Of a DNA stretch of 64,000 bases, positions 46,660 to 61,227 are shown piece by piece. This stretch comes from Sphagnum compactum (Eukaryota). Position 1 is the first letter of the stretch. Each line of letters opens with the position of its first letter. Made by a program: the position numbers and the translations under genes. The notes under the pieces are model-generated. The model had not been told where the DNA came from, did not search any database, and saw only the letters and a list, made by a program, of their open reading frames with translations. The stretch is from positions 12,028,001-12,092,000 of the forward strand of contig OZ234494.1 of assembly GCA_965153455.1 (NCBI GenBank), read 5' to 3'.

Positions 46660-47830
46660 GCATAACAATTACAAGAAGCCTTCCATTTTCAATGGTTTGA
46701 TGGTAAGGAAAATTTTCAAATGTGTAAAACCTTTGAGCAAACATACAAATGACTAAGTCAAGATGAGTTGTCAACCTATTTTGAAGCTTACTCTTCATAA
46801 AACAGAATGTACTGAAAAATTGTTCATTTTCAATTGAACCAAGGACCTAAATAGTTGCAATTTCTACCAATTTGATGTACTCTAACATTTGGCAAACAAC
46901 AATTTGAGATGTAATCAGCTACCTCCATAATCTTGTTAAGGGATTATGATTATGAAATTCAACCATTGCAACATGGCAATTGTTTTTCATTGTCAAAACA
47001 AACAAAGAACGTTGCATATCTAATGTTGTTGGATCCAACACTAATGGAATCCAAAGACCATTTCCAGCAAGCCCATGTTTCTTGGGCACACAATAAACAG
47101 ACTTGATCACATTAAGATGTTGTTGAAAAAAGCCATCAACATTAAGGTTCAACCAAAATTGGGGATAAACAACCCCAAATGAATCCATAAGTTCATGAGC
47201 AGGGAAGCGATTATTTAGTTTAGAAATCAATTTTTCACCTACAACCATACACTGTGATTTCACTTTTAATATAACCACTGCATAAATAGCTTGAATGACA
47301 AAATAAATGACATTAGTGGCCTAGTCTTTATATTTTGCCCATATGTGTTGCCCACCAAATTCAAATGCCAAATGATCGAGTTCAATGCTCAAATATGTGA
47401 CCCATTTCATACAATGGTTTCATGAGTGCAATCCACCAATTGATTGAAATGCTTGAAGGCATCTCCCTCAAACCCAAATGTCTGATCAAAATACATTTGG
47501 AAGAGATCCACCTTACATATGGAAACCGCTTCAATGAAATTGCACACATAGACATCTCGAAGTTGTGCAAATTTGATGAGGGAATGAACTATAGCTAACA
47601 TAGGCATTAGGCAAGACAATCAAAACATCACTTGGACATCACAGAGCTTATCTAAGTTTGTTGTTACTTGGGCTACAATTGTGGAATCAAGTGTCATTTT
47701 CATCAACAAAGGACAATACTTTTCTAGCACACGTTTCAGTGGACTCAACATATTTATCCACCAAATCTTTATGTTGTGCAATAGTTTGTTCCTTTTTATT
47801 TCCATAATCTAGGCCAATTTGACAAACTTT
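46660..47830 (-). pseudogene. hAT-superfamily transposase relic (C-terminal half)
   Basis: LLHNIKIWWINMLSPLKRVL (decayed TRW motif), LNNRFP, and the dimerization motif VLGSIENEQFFSTFCFMKSKLQNRL. Frameshifts and stops are present. Confidence 0.82.
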
Positions 47831-48324
47831 AAATGGCGTTTGGGAGTCTTGTAGAAGAAAAAGTAAAGGGGGTCCATTCACGATTGGGGTACCAAAAAAA
47901 GGAAAAATGATTCCAAGACTTTCTTAGATCTACTTTCTACAATTAACATTTACATTAAATAAATTTTAGTGACAAAAATTGAATAGTCTTATATAAGATA
48001 ATTCATGTGATGGTGGTGATTTTTCACATGTGTACATAATTGTGCACAAATATTTTGGTTTGTAAGTAGAAACATAGAAAATGCAAAAATGGGCTTCTAA
48101 AATCAACTAAACATGTTCTTTCACATTAATATTTCCTGCACATGCAACGTGCATTTAAAGTTAGAAATTTTGAACCTAATGGATATAAAAAAGTAGTCAA
48201 ATTATTTAATAAAGGAATCATTTCCCTTGCAACCCTACTAGTTGTCAACTAGGTTTAATCATTATGTTTAATGATGTGAAATAAACATGTGAAATAAAAA
48301 ACTTGATTAAAGTTGAACATTTTT

Positions 48325-48500
48325 TATGGTGTAGTTCATTGGTAAAGACTTGGTTTATCATTGTGAAGGTTTGGGGTTCAATTCCTTATACTTACAACCT
48401 ATGTGCATGCTTAGAAGGCTAAGGTAGGTAGGTTAGACTAAAGTAGCTTGGTGAAGTTAGGTTAGGTTAAGTTAAGCAGGTTAGGTTAGCACCTACCTAT
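48325..48500 (+). other. tRNA-like Pol III promoter (possible SINE head) followed by (TAGGT)n-like repeats
   Basis: A-box-like TAGTTCATTGG at 48332 and B box GGTTCAATTCC at 48375, at tRNA-like spacing. The cloverleaf stems are degenerate. Confidence 0.5.
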
Positions 48501-51500
48501 TTATTTTAATTTTGGTACAAAATTGACCCAATCAAATGGTCCATTATTTACTAATCAAATAGTTAATCATTTTCTTAGTCATTCTATTAGTCAAAATGAC
48601 AAGGTTCAAATTAATTACCCAGTCATGTTGATAGGTCCAAATTGGCTTGTTTAAATTAACAAGGTGGTTTTTTTTACACCTGTCATTTTGGGTATTTTTT
48701 TACTAGAAAACTTAATAAAAAAAACCATGAATTGTAATAATGTTGTAACTTGTAATCTAAGTTATAACATGTTTGAACTCAAACAAATCTCCCAAGCTCC
48801 AACTTCCAAGTCATTGAAAATCTTGTTGATGAATATGGTTCGGACTTTCATCTAACTAAAATCTCAAAGTAGGTAGTGGGTAATGGGCATATCTCTATGT
48901 TCAATATACATTGTACAATGGGGGCCCAAAAAAATCAAGGTACCAAACTTAATGGAGCATGGAGAGCAACTAGTCGTCATTACACTTCAAAATAATGAAG
49001 TGAAATGAGAGGCAAAGGTAAAAGGTCATCATGCAAAATGGATGGCTAGATCTTCATCATATGGCTTCTTCTCAACTATTTTCAATTGTAGATGTTGAAT
49101 TGTACGTTTTACCATGGATATGCCCTAAGTGACAAGTGGCCGACCCTTATTTTCATGATGAAGGAATCAAATGGTGATCCAGTGATGTTATTGTAGAATG
49201 CCCATTTTTTTTCCCCCTTTTTTCTATTGTAGTTTTCGTGGACCCCTTTAACTACTCAAAATTGGCATTTTTTTGCCCCAAAAAAAACACTTGTCCATTC
49301 ATATTGAATCAAAATGTTTAGTAAATATAAAATTTTCATAAAAGTTAAAAATCACTCAATAATTTTTGAAATAAATTTGTATTTTATAGCACACAATATG
49401 TACATTTATTTTGGAAAAATATGCTCTAACATCATATCATATAAATAAATAAAATGTTATTTTTTAAACAATTGATGTCTTTGTGTTTTGGCTTATTATA
49501 GTATGCAAAACATTGTGAAAAATCCTTCTTGATAATGTTATGGTTGAAATTTGAAAATGGACACCCCTTAAAAAAAATCAATATGACATGACAACATTAT
49601 TAAGGCCTTAAAATATGCTTTCACCTAGATGCCATAAATATCAACCATTTTTCACAATCCCCTAATCACAAGTTTCCCTTCTTCAAACACAAATAAATGA
49701 CAAATTTTAGTTAGCATATCATTTGTATTTTCTTTTGTAACGAATAAGTAACTACATTGCAAATGATTGTGGATTCAATGATAAGTCATGTTAACTGTAA
49801 TCTATTATAGTCAACCCATACAATAAGAAGTGGAAATCAACTAGTCATTGAAAGCCATGGTATGTTTTTGGTGTTCAAACCTTAAGGGAAAGGTGGGCAA
49901 ACTTGTTGTCCTTGGTACAATTCTTTGAAAATAATCACTTTGAAATGGAAATAAAAACCCTAAATTGTGAAAAGCCATTTTGTCAACTTCATATGACTTC
50001 CTTTTGTGGAATAGTTTGTTAAATAGTTATGGTTAAATTGTAGTGTTGACCATATGTGACATATCAAGGCCAAATTCATTTTGGCTATAATCAAACATTT
50101 GCCATTGTATTCAATGTGAAAGATCAACACATGTTAGAAAATTATTCAAAATGATGATGACCGCATTCACAACCAAATTCATAAAATTGATTGAAAAGCG
50201 TGTGAGCTTTTGGAAACAACACAAAGTTTAAATGATTATGTGACATGTATAAGCATTGGAATTTGTCATAAAATTCTTCCCCCTCTTTTTAAAGGTCATT
50301 ATCAATTCATTGAATTAGTTTGACCATTAAGAATTCCTATGTAAAATTGTCATACTTGTTTGGTATGTCGATTCACGCATCATAAAAAGGTCCAATCAGG
50401 GTCATGTGCATAATTGAATTTTAAAAAATACGATTGATCCTAGATTTTGATCTAGAATCATAAAACGATTGGCTCTTTTAGTTCTTTAAAAAATCAAAAG
50501 CAAATAATAGCCAATGTTTGTTATTTCAAAAAACTTAAAAATTCTACAATTTTATGAAAGAAGTACTAAGAAATTGACAATTTTCTTGCTAGTTATTTGA
50601 TTATTTCAACATTTTTTGAGAATCATGATTGTATAACATAATTATCTCTTTGAGTTTTTTGAAAACTATGGTTATGAATCCTAAAAACCTTCTTGATAAC
50701 CACTAGGAGTTTGTTCCAATGTTGGGCATATGTCCATTTCAACATAACAACTAAGTATTACTATTAAGGTTTTTCAATTTGCACATTGTGTACAAGCATG
50801 AATGTTCAAATCCTCTTGAAATGGATGTATAAGGTGGATTTATAGAAGAACCTACATGTTTTGGGGGGGGGGGGGTGAACATGAATAGATAATAACCTCA
50901 TACTAGCATGTACAATTTTGTGATATCAAAACTTGGCAAAAATTTCCAAATAATTAGCATAATTATTCATAGTTATACCAGAAAAAGCATTTTCAATTTT
51001 TTTTCAAATGTTTGAAAAATGAAAAAAGTTGTCAAAATAAAAACCACCTCCCATACAACATCTATCTATGAAGCAAGGTAGTTTGTTTTGTTTTGTCAAG
51101 CTAACATCTCCCAAACCATGGCACTTCATGCCACACTCTTGGTATTTTATTTTTTTCTTATATTTTCATATGATTTTCAATAATTCATCATTATTTAAGT
51201 CAATGTCAAATTTACTGTAAATTACAATATTCTTAGGACATGAAAAAACACACGTTTTAAATTTGTTTTTTCATATCCATGTTGGTGAATAGGGAAAGAG
51301 AGAGAGATAATTATAAAATGAAGGCAGTAATTAGGAAAGGTGGGAGATAGTTATTAAGAAAGATAATAAAAAAAGAAATAATTATTAAAAAATAATAATA
51401 AAAGCTTGAAAATGAGATAGTTGTCTTTGGAACATGGATGACCTTACAAAAGATGTCAAAAAAAAATCCCTCATATATATATATATATATACCAGCTCCA

Positions 51501-54054
51501 ATTACTTGTCACTAGAATTACATTAGCTACCTACTTAACTTTCCCAGTTAGATGGGTAAGTAAGTAGGTAGTGTGAGGTGGAAGAAGGGAGGGTAGATGT
51601 GCCCACCAGGCTATTCAGTTACACTGTGCCAGCAGTCCCAAACTGACACAAGGTAATTGGAACAAACCAAGAGTAGGTGGTGGCACTTTAAAAGCAGTTT
51701 CTTGACCACATGTACTACTAGTCAAGTTCTGGCCATCATTTTGGTGCAACTACCCAAACCCACAAGAATGAATTTTGTCCTTTTTGAACCCAAGTACCTA
51801 ATGAAGGAAGGGTTGCTCCCCATTAGGTACAAAGTTTGGCTGTTCTCCCTCTAATTATCCTTCGATAATGTAAAGACTTGTTCTTTTGGTTTTCCAGGAC
51901 ATCAAACTCGAAGTTGCAAGACCTAACACTTTTTGCATATAATCGTATTGAATCCAAGGATTTGATACAAGGATTTTCCAAAAGTTTGCAAGGAATTTTC
52001 ATATTATCCTCAACAGATTTCTTGTACATATGGTACTCGTATTACTTGTGAGATGGCTGAAGTCATTGGCATTGCATTGCAAGGTTCTAGCAAACATGTG
52101 AAGATCTTGCATTTGGAAACTAGACTTGGCCTTGCATTGCAAACATTGTAGCAAAAATACGAAGATTGTGGATTTGCAAACTGGACTTTCTTATGCATCC
52201 TTTTCAAAGCATTGTACATCCTTTCTCTCTTCTCTTGAGGTTTCATAAAACAGTTACAAGTTGTTTTGGGGGATTTTTATCAAAAGAAGAAAAACTCTGT
52301 AGATCAAAAAAAATCGGGATGGGAACCCATCCACAAGAAGTACCAAGGCAAATAAAAGCACGAGAACACATGTCATGAAAGAACATAACAATCAGGACAC
52401 CACTAATACATTAATCAAATAGAAGATCGGAAGACTAAAAACACATTGTCTGTCACAAATCAACTAAAGACAGAGGTGCACTGGCTGCCATGTGTGGAAG
52501 GAGATGAGGAGGAATGGCCTCCCATCCCAAGTGAGGTTGCAGGTAGGTTGTATTTTGTAGTTAGGTGGCCCTGTTTTGACCTACACAAATCTTCAATCTC
52601 AAGATGGTGTGATGATGGTGGGTGGAATTGGACCTTAGTTTATGAAGTAGATCTGGTTTGATTCTTATTTGGAAGAACTAACTAACCAGTAGCCTAATTG
52701 GAGGTTCAAAAAATGTGAAGAAACAGTATTAGAACTTTACCAGAGATCACATTTAAAATTTTAAAAAAATAAAAAATTCAAAAAAAAAAAAACTGACTAG
52801 AACTGAAAAATGTTTATAAAAGTGGATTTTTTTTGCAACTTGGTGGAAAAATAAGGGAAAATACTATTGCAAATTCCCCGCTTTACAAAAAAAAAAACCA
52901 AGAAATTTAGAGAAAATATTATTTTTAATACATTTTATTTTTTTCAATTTTAGAAACAGGTTTTAGTTTTGGACAAGTTTGTCCGTCATATTTCTACAGT
53001 TTTGATAGTTTTGGGGGAACATGTGAGCTCATCACTTGGTTGCTACCTTTGACAAAGGCCACAAGGAATGTGCTAAACCCTATTTGGTAATATAACGAGC
53101 ATGAACATGAATAAAATTCTTTCATGTGATTGACAATATTGATAAATTTTTTATGATGGGATGAAATTGTGTGTTTATGAAATTGTTGACACAAATGGAA
53201 ATGGTCATATGTGTAAAGTGAATTACATGGATGAACTATGACATAGATAAAACACGATTTCACAAATGAAGCTAATTATAGGGTAGAACTAACACTTATG
53301 GACCAAACTATCACATGAATGAATTTATGTTAAGGAAAGATGTGTATATGAAAAAATGAATTTTTGGTATAAAAAACTTATGACTTGATGTAGCCCACAC
53401 TCCCTTGCATGTCAAAAGACATGTGTGCATGCATGCTCTTGCATATCTTTTGACATGCAACAATGAATGCATGTGATTTGCATGCAACATGTAAGTACTA
53501 GTTCACTAAAGTAACTCTTTGAAAACAATATTGAACAAACTCATTGGCAAATAAATTATTTTTTGCACGTAGGCACAAGCATATGAGATGTTGTTACAAA
53601 ATTTAGGTGCCAATTTATTGAAGTTATCTCCTCAAAAGAATTCAAGGCTCCCATTGTAACAATCCCATTGTCACTAATTCCATTCATTCATTCATTGCCA
53701 AAATAAGGTTACCTGGATGGATGATAACTCGGACAAGTATTGTGGCGCTGTTGGGATGGAAATCTTCCTCTCTATACCACAACTATTATTGCTCCTTTCA
53801 AAGATGAGCTTGATTTGGTTGTATGTTGTATCCCTAGCTCCTTTTCAGGTTAGGCACTTGGGTGCTGAATATATATATATATATATATATATAATTCACT
53901 TGTAGTAAGCAAAATAATTTATGAAATTACGACAATAAATATAGGCAGCCTCTATGGTAGGTTCCCTTGACTCTAGCCCTCTAACATAATGAGACCAATG
54001 TTTAATTTTTTCCCTCCTTTGTAATTTCTTTAAATTTGTGAGATGTTTGGATTT

Positions 54055-56222
54055 TTGTTGTTCCCAATGTATTCTCATCAAGTTCTCACTGTTTTCCCAA
54101 TGTGTTCCCAAGTTCCCAATGTGTTCCCCAACATGTTCCCAATAGCACCTCACTTCATCCAATATCCTTTGCCCTAAGTTCTACTCCTGGAATCTATTAT
54201 AAAGGAGCCCAAAAAAGGGGAGGCTACAATATATTTATTTTGTTACCGTCCAAAGCTTGATTAAATATGTTTGTGATGGACCAATCAATGATGCCCATCA
54301 CAAAAGAAAAAAAAAACTTTGGGGTCCTGTCAACTAATTAATATGAGTCACAATAGGTAGGGCGTTCTTAGGAAGGACTATTAGTCCAGGCCAAAAATAG
54401 TGGCAGCCAATTTTTAGGAATAGAATTTCCATGCAACCAAATGAGAAGTTGTGTCATAGCCTTGTGGGTTATCACTATGCTATGTTACTAGGAAGCTAGG
54501 AATGAAACTAAAAGGAACACCTAATTTTGCAAAAGAATTAGTGCAAAATTAGGCAAGGTATGCATAGAGCTCTGACCAGCTGGTGTCAAAAATACTTTCC
54601 TCACCTCTAGTGGTTTCCTTGCTATATTAGAGTTATCCATAAAGTGCCCCTCTCTTCACCCTGTCTTTGGGGCCTCCTTTGACCCCCAAACCCTCTTTCA
54701 TTCAGTAGTGGTATCCGTAAAGTAAGCAAATTTTATTAAATCTGGGTATATGAAATGCTGAGTTTCAGCATTTAGTGCACAAGGTTCAAAAGTAATTATA
54801 GTAGTTGTACAGGTTGGAGCAGTGAAAACATAATGCAGCAGCGATGGAGACGCTCAGTAGAAATGAAAGACAGGGTGAAACTCAGTTTACCACAAAAATT
54901 GATGGTTTTATGAGTTTCAACATGTCTGTCAGGAGATGGATATAAAGATAATGCATAACTTGTTAGCAAGTTAGCAGTGACAGAAGTCTGAAGACTTATT
55001 AGGTATCAGGATCTGGCATACTGGTACATTTTTGGAGGCATCTAACAACAGGTTAGAGTTTTTTCATACCCATTTCACCAGTCAACCTTATTATTAATGT
55101 GGTTATAGGTGTATTAATTAGTTGTGGGGACACCCAACCTGCAAAATGTTTTTCCTTTGTGATGGGCATCTTTGATTGGTTCATCACAAAAAAACTAAAT
55201 CAAGCTGTGGATAGTCCCAAAATAGTATATATTGTTCACTCCTCCTCCTTTGGGGGTGCATATATCTAGGTTACAAGAGTAAAACTCAGGGCAAAGCATA
55301 TGGGGCAAAGTGAGGTGCTATTGAAAACATGTTGGAGAACACACTGGGAACTTGGGAAACATGTTGGGAACCATTGGGGGACTTGATGGGAACCCCAAAA
55401 AAAAACACCCCTTACTTGCCCAAAAGGAAACAAATTGAGCCCTTTTTGTGCATGTTGGTTCATCTCATTGGTTGCCAAGAATTTCTATGCCTACTTGTGT
55501 GCTTTACCAGTTTTGGCCTAGGCAAATGGCGGGGGCCCAAACTTTGGGGACATCCCCATAGATATATGTGTATATTTGTGCTTCTTATTTATTTGTTAAG
55601 GGGGGTTTAAGGAGCCACTTGGATTCACATTTTTTTGAAACATTGGGCACTCCTCAAAAGAGAAGTACATAGCTGCTTCCCTTTGACCTCCTATATAGTT
55701 TATATACCTACATGAAAGTTCAACTTTGGCCAAAGCATGTGGGTTAAAAGTGTGGTGCTATTGGGAACATCTTGAGGAGCACCTTGGGAACTTGAAGTGA
55801 ATCCCTTGGGAACTCGATGGGAATGCATTGGGAACACATTCCCCCCTCCAAAAACCTAAAAGAAAACAATTGGGCCTTCCGTAATCTATTTCAAGCCTTC
55901 TCATTGGTCTCATTGGTCACACAAAAATTATGGTCCTAAAACTGTCTATTACCATTTTTGACCTAGGCTAGTGGAAGGAAAGGGGGGCACAGGTGTAATA
56001 TGGTGCTCAGATTAATTAGTTGTGGGGAACCCCAAAGTTCAATTTTTTTCTTTCACAATGGGCATCTTTGATTGACCCGTGGCGAAAAAGAAATTCAAAC
56101 TTTGGACATAGATATATATTGTAATCTCCTCCTTTGGGCGGGTTATATAGGTTACAAGAGTATAATTAGGGCAAGGGATATGGGCATACATTGAGGCACT
56201 ATTGGGAATACATTGGGAACAA
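54055..56222. repeat. Cluster of a ~300-bp dispersed repeat family (TGTTCCC-rich...CCAATCAA.GATGCCCAT...CAACTAATTAAT)
   Basis: Copies at ~54055-54345 (+), ~55112-55400 (-), ~55725-55840 (-, partial) and ~56010-56222 (-). A further copy lies at ~39565-39870 (+). Confidence 0.8.
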
Positions 56223-59200
56223 CACAAAATCCAACACCCCACCCTCCTCCAAAGGAGAAAAACCTGACACAACTTGAAAAAAAACAACAACCCATATGAA
56301 CTAGAGGAAATGGTTGACACCCACTTGAAGCCAAACACCGAAGAACAAGAAGGATTACAAAGCTCCGGAAGTCTAAGAAGCTTTAATTGTAGGAGTTGAG
56401 AGTAGGAAGAGTGCACTATCCATTGCAAGCCTGTGTTATGACTCCACAACAACTTTCATTATACGAGCATAGAAGTAAACCAACAGCCACCAGTGCACCA
56501 TCCATTGGAAGGCTGAACAACCATGACTCTGTTGAAAATGAACCCCAACTGACTTGACATTGGGTTTCACCTTGGTAGCTTAACCTCAATGGAAAACTGT
56601 TTCCTATCCAACTGCCATCTATGGTGCACTTGTTGCTCTTGGTGGACTCTGGCCTCTGTTGTAAGTGTGGTTAATGTACATACTACTCTATTAGCATGTG
56701 ATTCTCACATGGACACTTTCGTCCTCTTGGAGATTTGAATCCAGGCCTTCTTGCATTTGAAGCTGGGATGCAACATCTGTCCCTTATTTGTATGCAATAA
56801 AACTTACATAAGAGCATCTCCACCAACACACCGAACAACTTATTTTGGATGAAGATTGGTAAAAATTTGCTTGACAGGCTCAGTGAAAATAGATGTGGCT
56901 CAGCATTTTTGCTCAATATGCTAGCCACAAACAAGTGCTCTTGACTGGTCACATATATTGATTAGTTCAGGTGGTTTGTTTATGAGTAGATTCCGACATG
57001 TAGCATCTCAGGTTCATGTTTGTGGGTGGGGCTTGGAATCAGCTTTGCTTTTTCTTGGCAAACTGGTGCAAAATTGCACCCAAAAAAGTTTTTAAAGAAA
57101 GATATTCTTTTGAATTTTTTCGAAAATTTTGCCACAAAAGAGTTTGCGAGATTTACACAGGTTTCTAGTGTTAAATCAGGTTTTTCTGCGAGATTAATTA
57201 TTATTTTGAGAGTTTTGCAATAACTTGTCACCATCAATGCTTTTAGGGACAATCGCCACTAGTGCTCCATCACCAAAATGATAAAAGGAAAAAGGCTGCT
57301 TGGAATCAATCAATCTTGGATGTGAGAAATAGTGATGCAGGGCCAAATGCCAAGTATGGGTGAAGCTGCTCTCAGAGAAGGCAATAATATAGCAGTATAG
57401 GCTGGGATGTGAACTTTTGCTGGAGACCCCAACTATACTCTAGGTTCTTTGCAAACTACATTATCATCATGCATGCCACATGGTGAGTCCATAAAAGATT
57501 TAGTGAAATTTGAAGAAAATTTAGCAAAGTTAGTCAAATTTACACTAAAAACATACATCTGTCAAAGCCTCTGGGAAGCCTATAGTTAGAGAAGCCTATA
57601 GTACAGGTTTTAGACACAATAGGATTCTTGGGTCATTTGGCTTTTGAATCAGTATAATTCATACCCAACAATTTGCGCAGCAACAAATCAACAATTTATA
57701 TGAAGGGTTGTAGTGGGTTCTAAGAGTGTTACAGGAATACTCTTTACTTCTTGATTTGTTTCAGCAATGATCCTGCACTAGTACCCACTCTTTAAATGCT
57801 CCAGCAAAAACTCTTCTTCCATTGCAGGACAGCCCAATTCAGGTACCTCTACTTTCTCAGGAACCATTGCAAATTATTTCAAAAACTAATTTGAAGTTCA
57901 CACAAGCTGCCACCTTGAAACATTTCATTGGTTGATCACCTGTCTGCAGTTTCCACAATGAAGGTGTGGTTGTGTGTTCCCCAGTACAGTTCACTCGATA
58001 TCCCATTTTGTGAGCATAGTGTGGTCAGTACAGATAACATTGAAGAGATTTTCTTGCTCACCATTTGAGTATGAACATCTCAGCTGGTAGCTGCTGCAAG
58101 TCAGAGGTCAGTCGATTGCCAACTAAAATTGGGATTCCATGTTCTCACAAATTTAATTTGGGCAGAAGTTAGAGCTTGGATTGAGAGCAACTTCTGTTGT
58201 AACTGTCTCATAGAAGAACTACCCATATGCAATAAGTTCCTGCTCAAGATTCGGATCTTGTCATACCTTTGTTTCAACCTCATGACAGCACTGGATCATC
58301 TGCATTTTGCTTCCTAATCTAATTAACAAGCTCTTGGGTTTTGCAGATACACAACACATGCATGAGCAAAGCTTTCACCTTAATTCAGCTTAAACAGATT
58401 CTGATTTCTCTGGTTTTGGTCATGATTTGATTGCAGCCTTCCACTCTCATGGGAATCTTGGCTGTTGCAATACAAAGTCCATAGGGGCAGAAGTAGAGGA
58501 TGGAAACTTGTGACAAACCTTTGAACAGACGTATAAAAAAGTCTTAGGAGTAAGCTCTTGCATCCTCTATCTTTAGTGGTAATTATCACTTGCAGAGAGT
58601 GGAATTTTTGAAGGCAGCAAAAGAGTGTGCGGGTGCTCTGGTTGCGAAATTCCATGGTAGTCTGCTCTCCATGCTTCCACATGCATACAATAGAGACAGT
58701 GCAAGGATATCATATTTCCTTATAGCCAGCCATTCGTTATATTGTTGCTGCACCCAGCAATTCACACCTTGACAGAGGAGGTGTGAATGGTTGATGGATG
58801 TATGCGAAAGCAAACCATTCGCCACCTGCTTGCGGTTTGATATAACAAAGAGGATGGCAAAAGCATTTTGAAACTTTGGCACTTAGATGCCGAAGTATGT
58901 TGTTGGATAAAATTGAAGAGTCCATCTCCAAAAGGATGAAGCACTTGGTGGGAGGGTCATCTCCAGCCTTCCTTGTGGAGAAGAGGCTTACCAAAACATG
59001 CACAGGTATGCAAAACTGTTGGAAGCAAACAAGCTTAAGATCAAGTACTAAAAGAGTACCTATATAGAAGAGATGCATACCAAATGGTTACAGTGAGACA
59101 AGGAGCCATCTTCAGTGTCAGCAAGCTTAGCACCTCTCTCTTACTGATTGAACAAAATCCACTTCCCGAAGCAGAAAATTGCATAAAAGCAGAAACTACA

Positions 59201-60324
59201 TAAATGAGGATTTTGACTGCAATCAACACTTTCACATTTTGCAAGCTTGCAAGCTACAACACCTTCTATAGTTCCATTAGGAAACATGTGCTTGGTTTAG
59301 TCCAGCTTGTTCTCCTTTGTGTCTAATACTTCCAAAAGTCAACAATGTTGAGCTGGTGGGTGCAAACGTTAGAACCCAATTTTTTGATGCATTGCACAAC
59401 TCGTTTCATAGTCTCAAATCTCTCCCTAGTTTTGTGATGTTGTGATTCCCAGTTCAGCTGAAATGTGAGATGTGCCAACCAAACATGTAAGATATTTCCA
59501 AGCATTGCAAGTAGACATGGAAATGTGGATTCATGTATGAAAAGTCAAAGTTCCTATTCTCATTGCTTGACATAGAGACCCCATGGGTGCCAATTAACTT
59601 AGAATTGGATGATGCTGCTATTTTTTGGAGTGATTGCATATTGGAAATGTTTACCTCAGTGGGATAGACATTTGTTTTTTTGGCTTTCTTTTTGTCATTG
59701 CACATTGTATTGTTCAATATAGTGTAGTTTCACAAGCTTATTGGTAAAAGCCTACAACCTCGGTTTATGAATAGGATAGGTGATTGGTTTGCCGTTATAG
59801 GACAAACACTTGCACCAGTTATTGAAGAGTGAAATTCATAAGGATAACATGATCGCGAGGCCTTAACTCTAGGCACCTACAGGAGACCCCTCCTAGCCTG
59901 GTTTGTGCAAAACCCACTTTGGTAGTCACAAAACCTACTTTGTGTTGTTGGATGCCCTCTAAAAAAGAGGCCCCCTAAGAGTGAAAATCAAGTTGCGCAA
60001 GTGAAAAAGGTGTGTGTATCTCCATTGCCTATAAGCAACAATATACCAAACAAAACAATGTAACATTGCATGCTCATGACAGGAGTGATCATGACTTTGT
60101 GGGCTATTATTAATCATGGAAAAAAGGTGTCCCATGCCATGACCATGGTGCATCACATTAGGGTTCGTTTATGACAACTAGCGTTCAATTTCAGGTTTTT
60201 CATTGTTTCTTTTGCTTTTATACTCTATTCTTTTAACATATATGTATGTACCAAAGATAGTACTTGTGGAGCTATTCATCTCCTCTTGTCATCTTAGTTT
60301 GAGCTTGTGCACATTGACTCCAAT

Positions 60325-61227
60325 TGGCGCAACCCTAGCCTTGGGCTCGTGACCAAGTCAAGGGGTTGCAAGGTTGCGGGCCAAAAGGGAAACCCAAGAG
60401 TCATGTTGCATGCTCCCGGGAATGCAAGAGAGTGTGAGGGAATAAACCCTCACACTCCCAAGGGAACTCCCACTTTGGGAGTTGGAGTCTCGGTGGACTC
60501 CCGAATGTTCAGAGAGAGATCGCAGGGGTCAAAACCCAATGGATTGAAGAGTTCTTTATATCATTGAAAAGATATTGAAACATAGATGTCTAAAATGGGC
60601 TCGCATGACCCATTTGGACATCTGAAACACAAGTTATGGTCAAAAGAAGGGCCGGAAATCAAATTGGCAATTTGACTCCCGACCACTAAAAGTCGGGAGT
60701 CGACCCGATTTCCTTGCATGCAGGTGGCATGCGACATACCGTTGAAAAGCTCTCAACGAGGGCTACAACTTTGCTTTAGACCTCATCTCAATCAGAGGTC
60801 TGCACGCAAAGTTATGGGCCCCCAAAGTCGTGGGAGTCCCGGCTTGGGGAATTTCGAGACTCCCACTTGGGAGTCCTGGGACAAAATGTCATTTGGATGT
60901 GGGCCTCGTGGAGAGGCACAAAGTATACTATAAGGGGGAAGGTGGTGGCTTCCCCAAGTTCGGGCCGTGGTGAGTCTTGTGAATCCGAGTTTGCCCGTGG
61001 CTCGTCCTAGCACCAAAAGTGCTCCAATTGTGCACTAACCACTTTGTGCAGGTCCGTGTGAATAGTTTGATGCTTGTCATTCTTCCTAGTCCCATCCCAG
61101 AGCTCCAGCATGCCCCTCTACCCCTCCAAAGTGCTGCAAGCCAGGGAGCGTGCCCCGACTCCTTATTCTTCCGTTGTTTTCTGTTTGGACTCACATTTGA
61201 ATCCCTCAAGAATTTGGGAGCGCGTCA
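60325..61227. mobile_element. Solo LTR (903 bp)
   Basis: TG...CA termini (TGGCGCAACC...GCGCGTCA), flanking 5-mers CCAAT/CCAAC (4/5 TSD), a GC-rich block in AT-rich flanks, and homology to 145-645. Confidence 0.85.
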
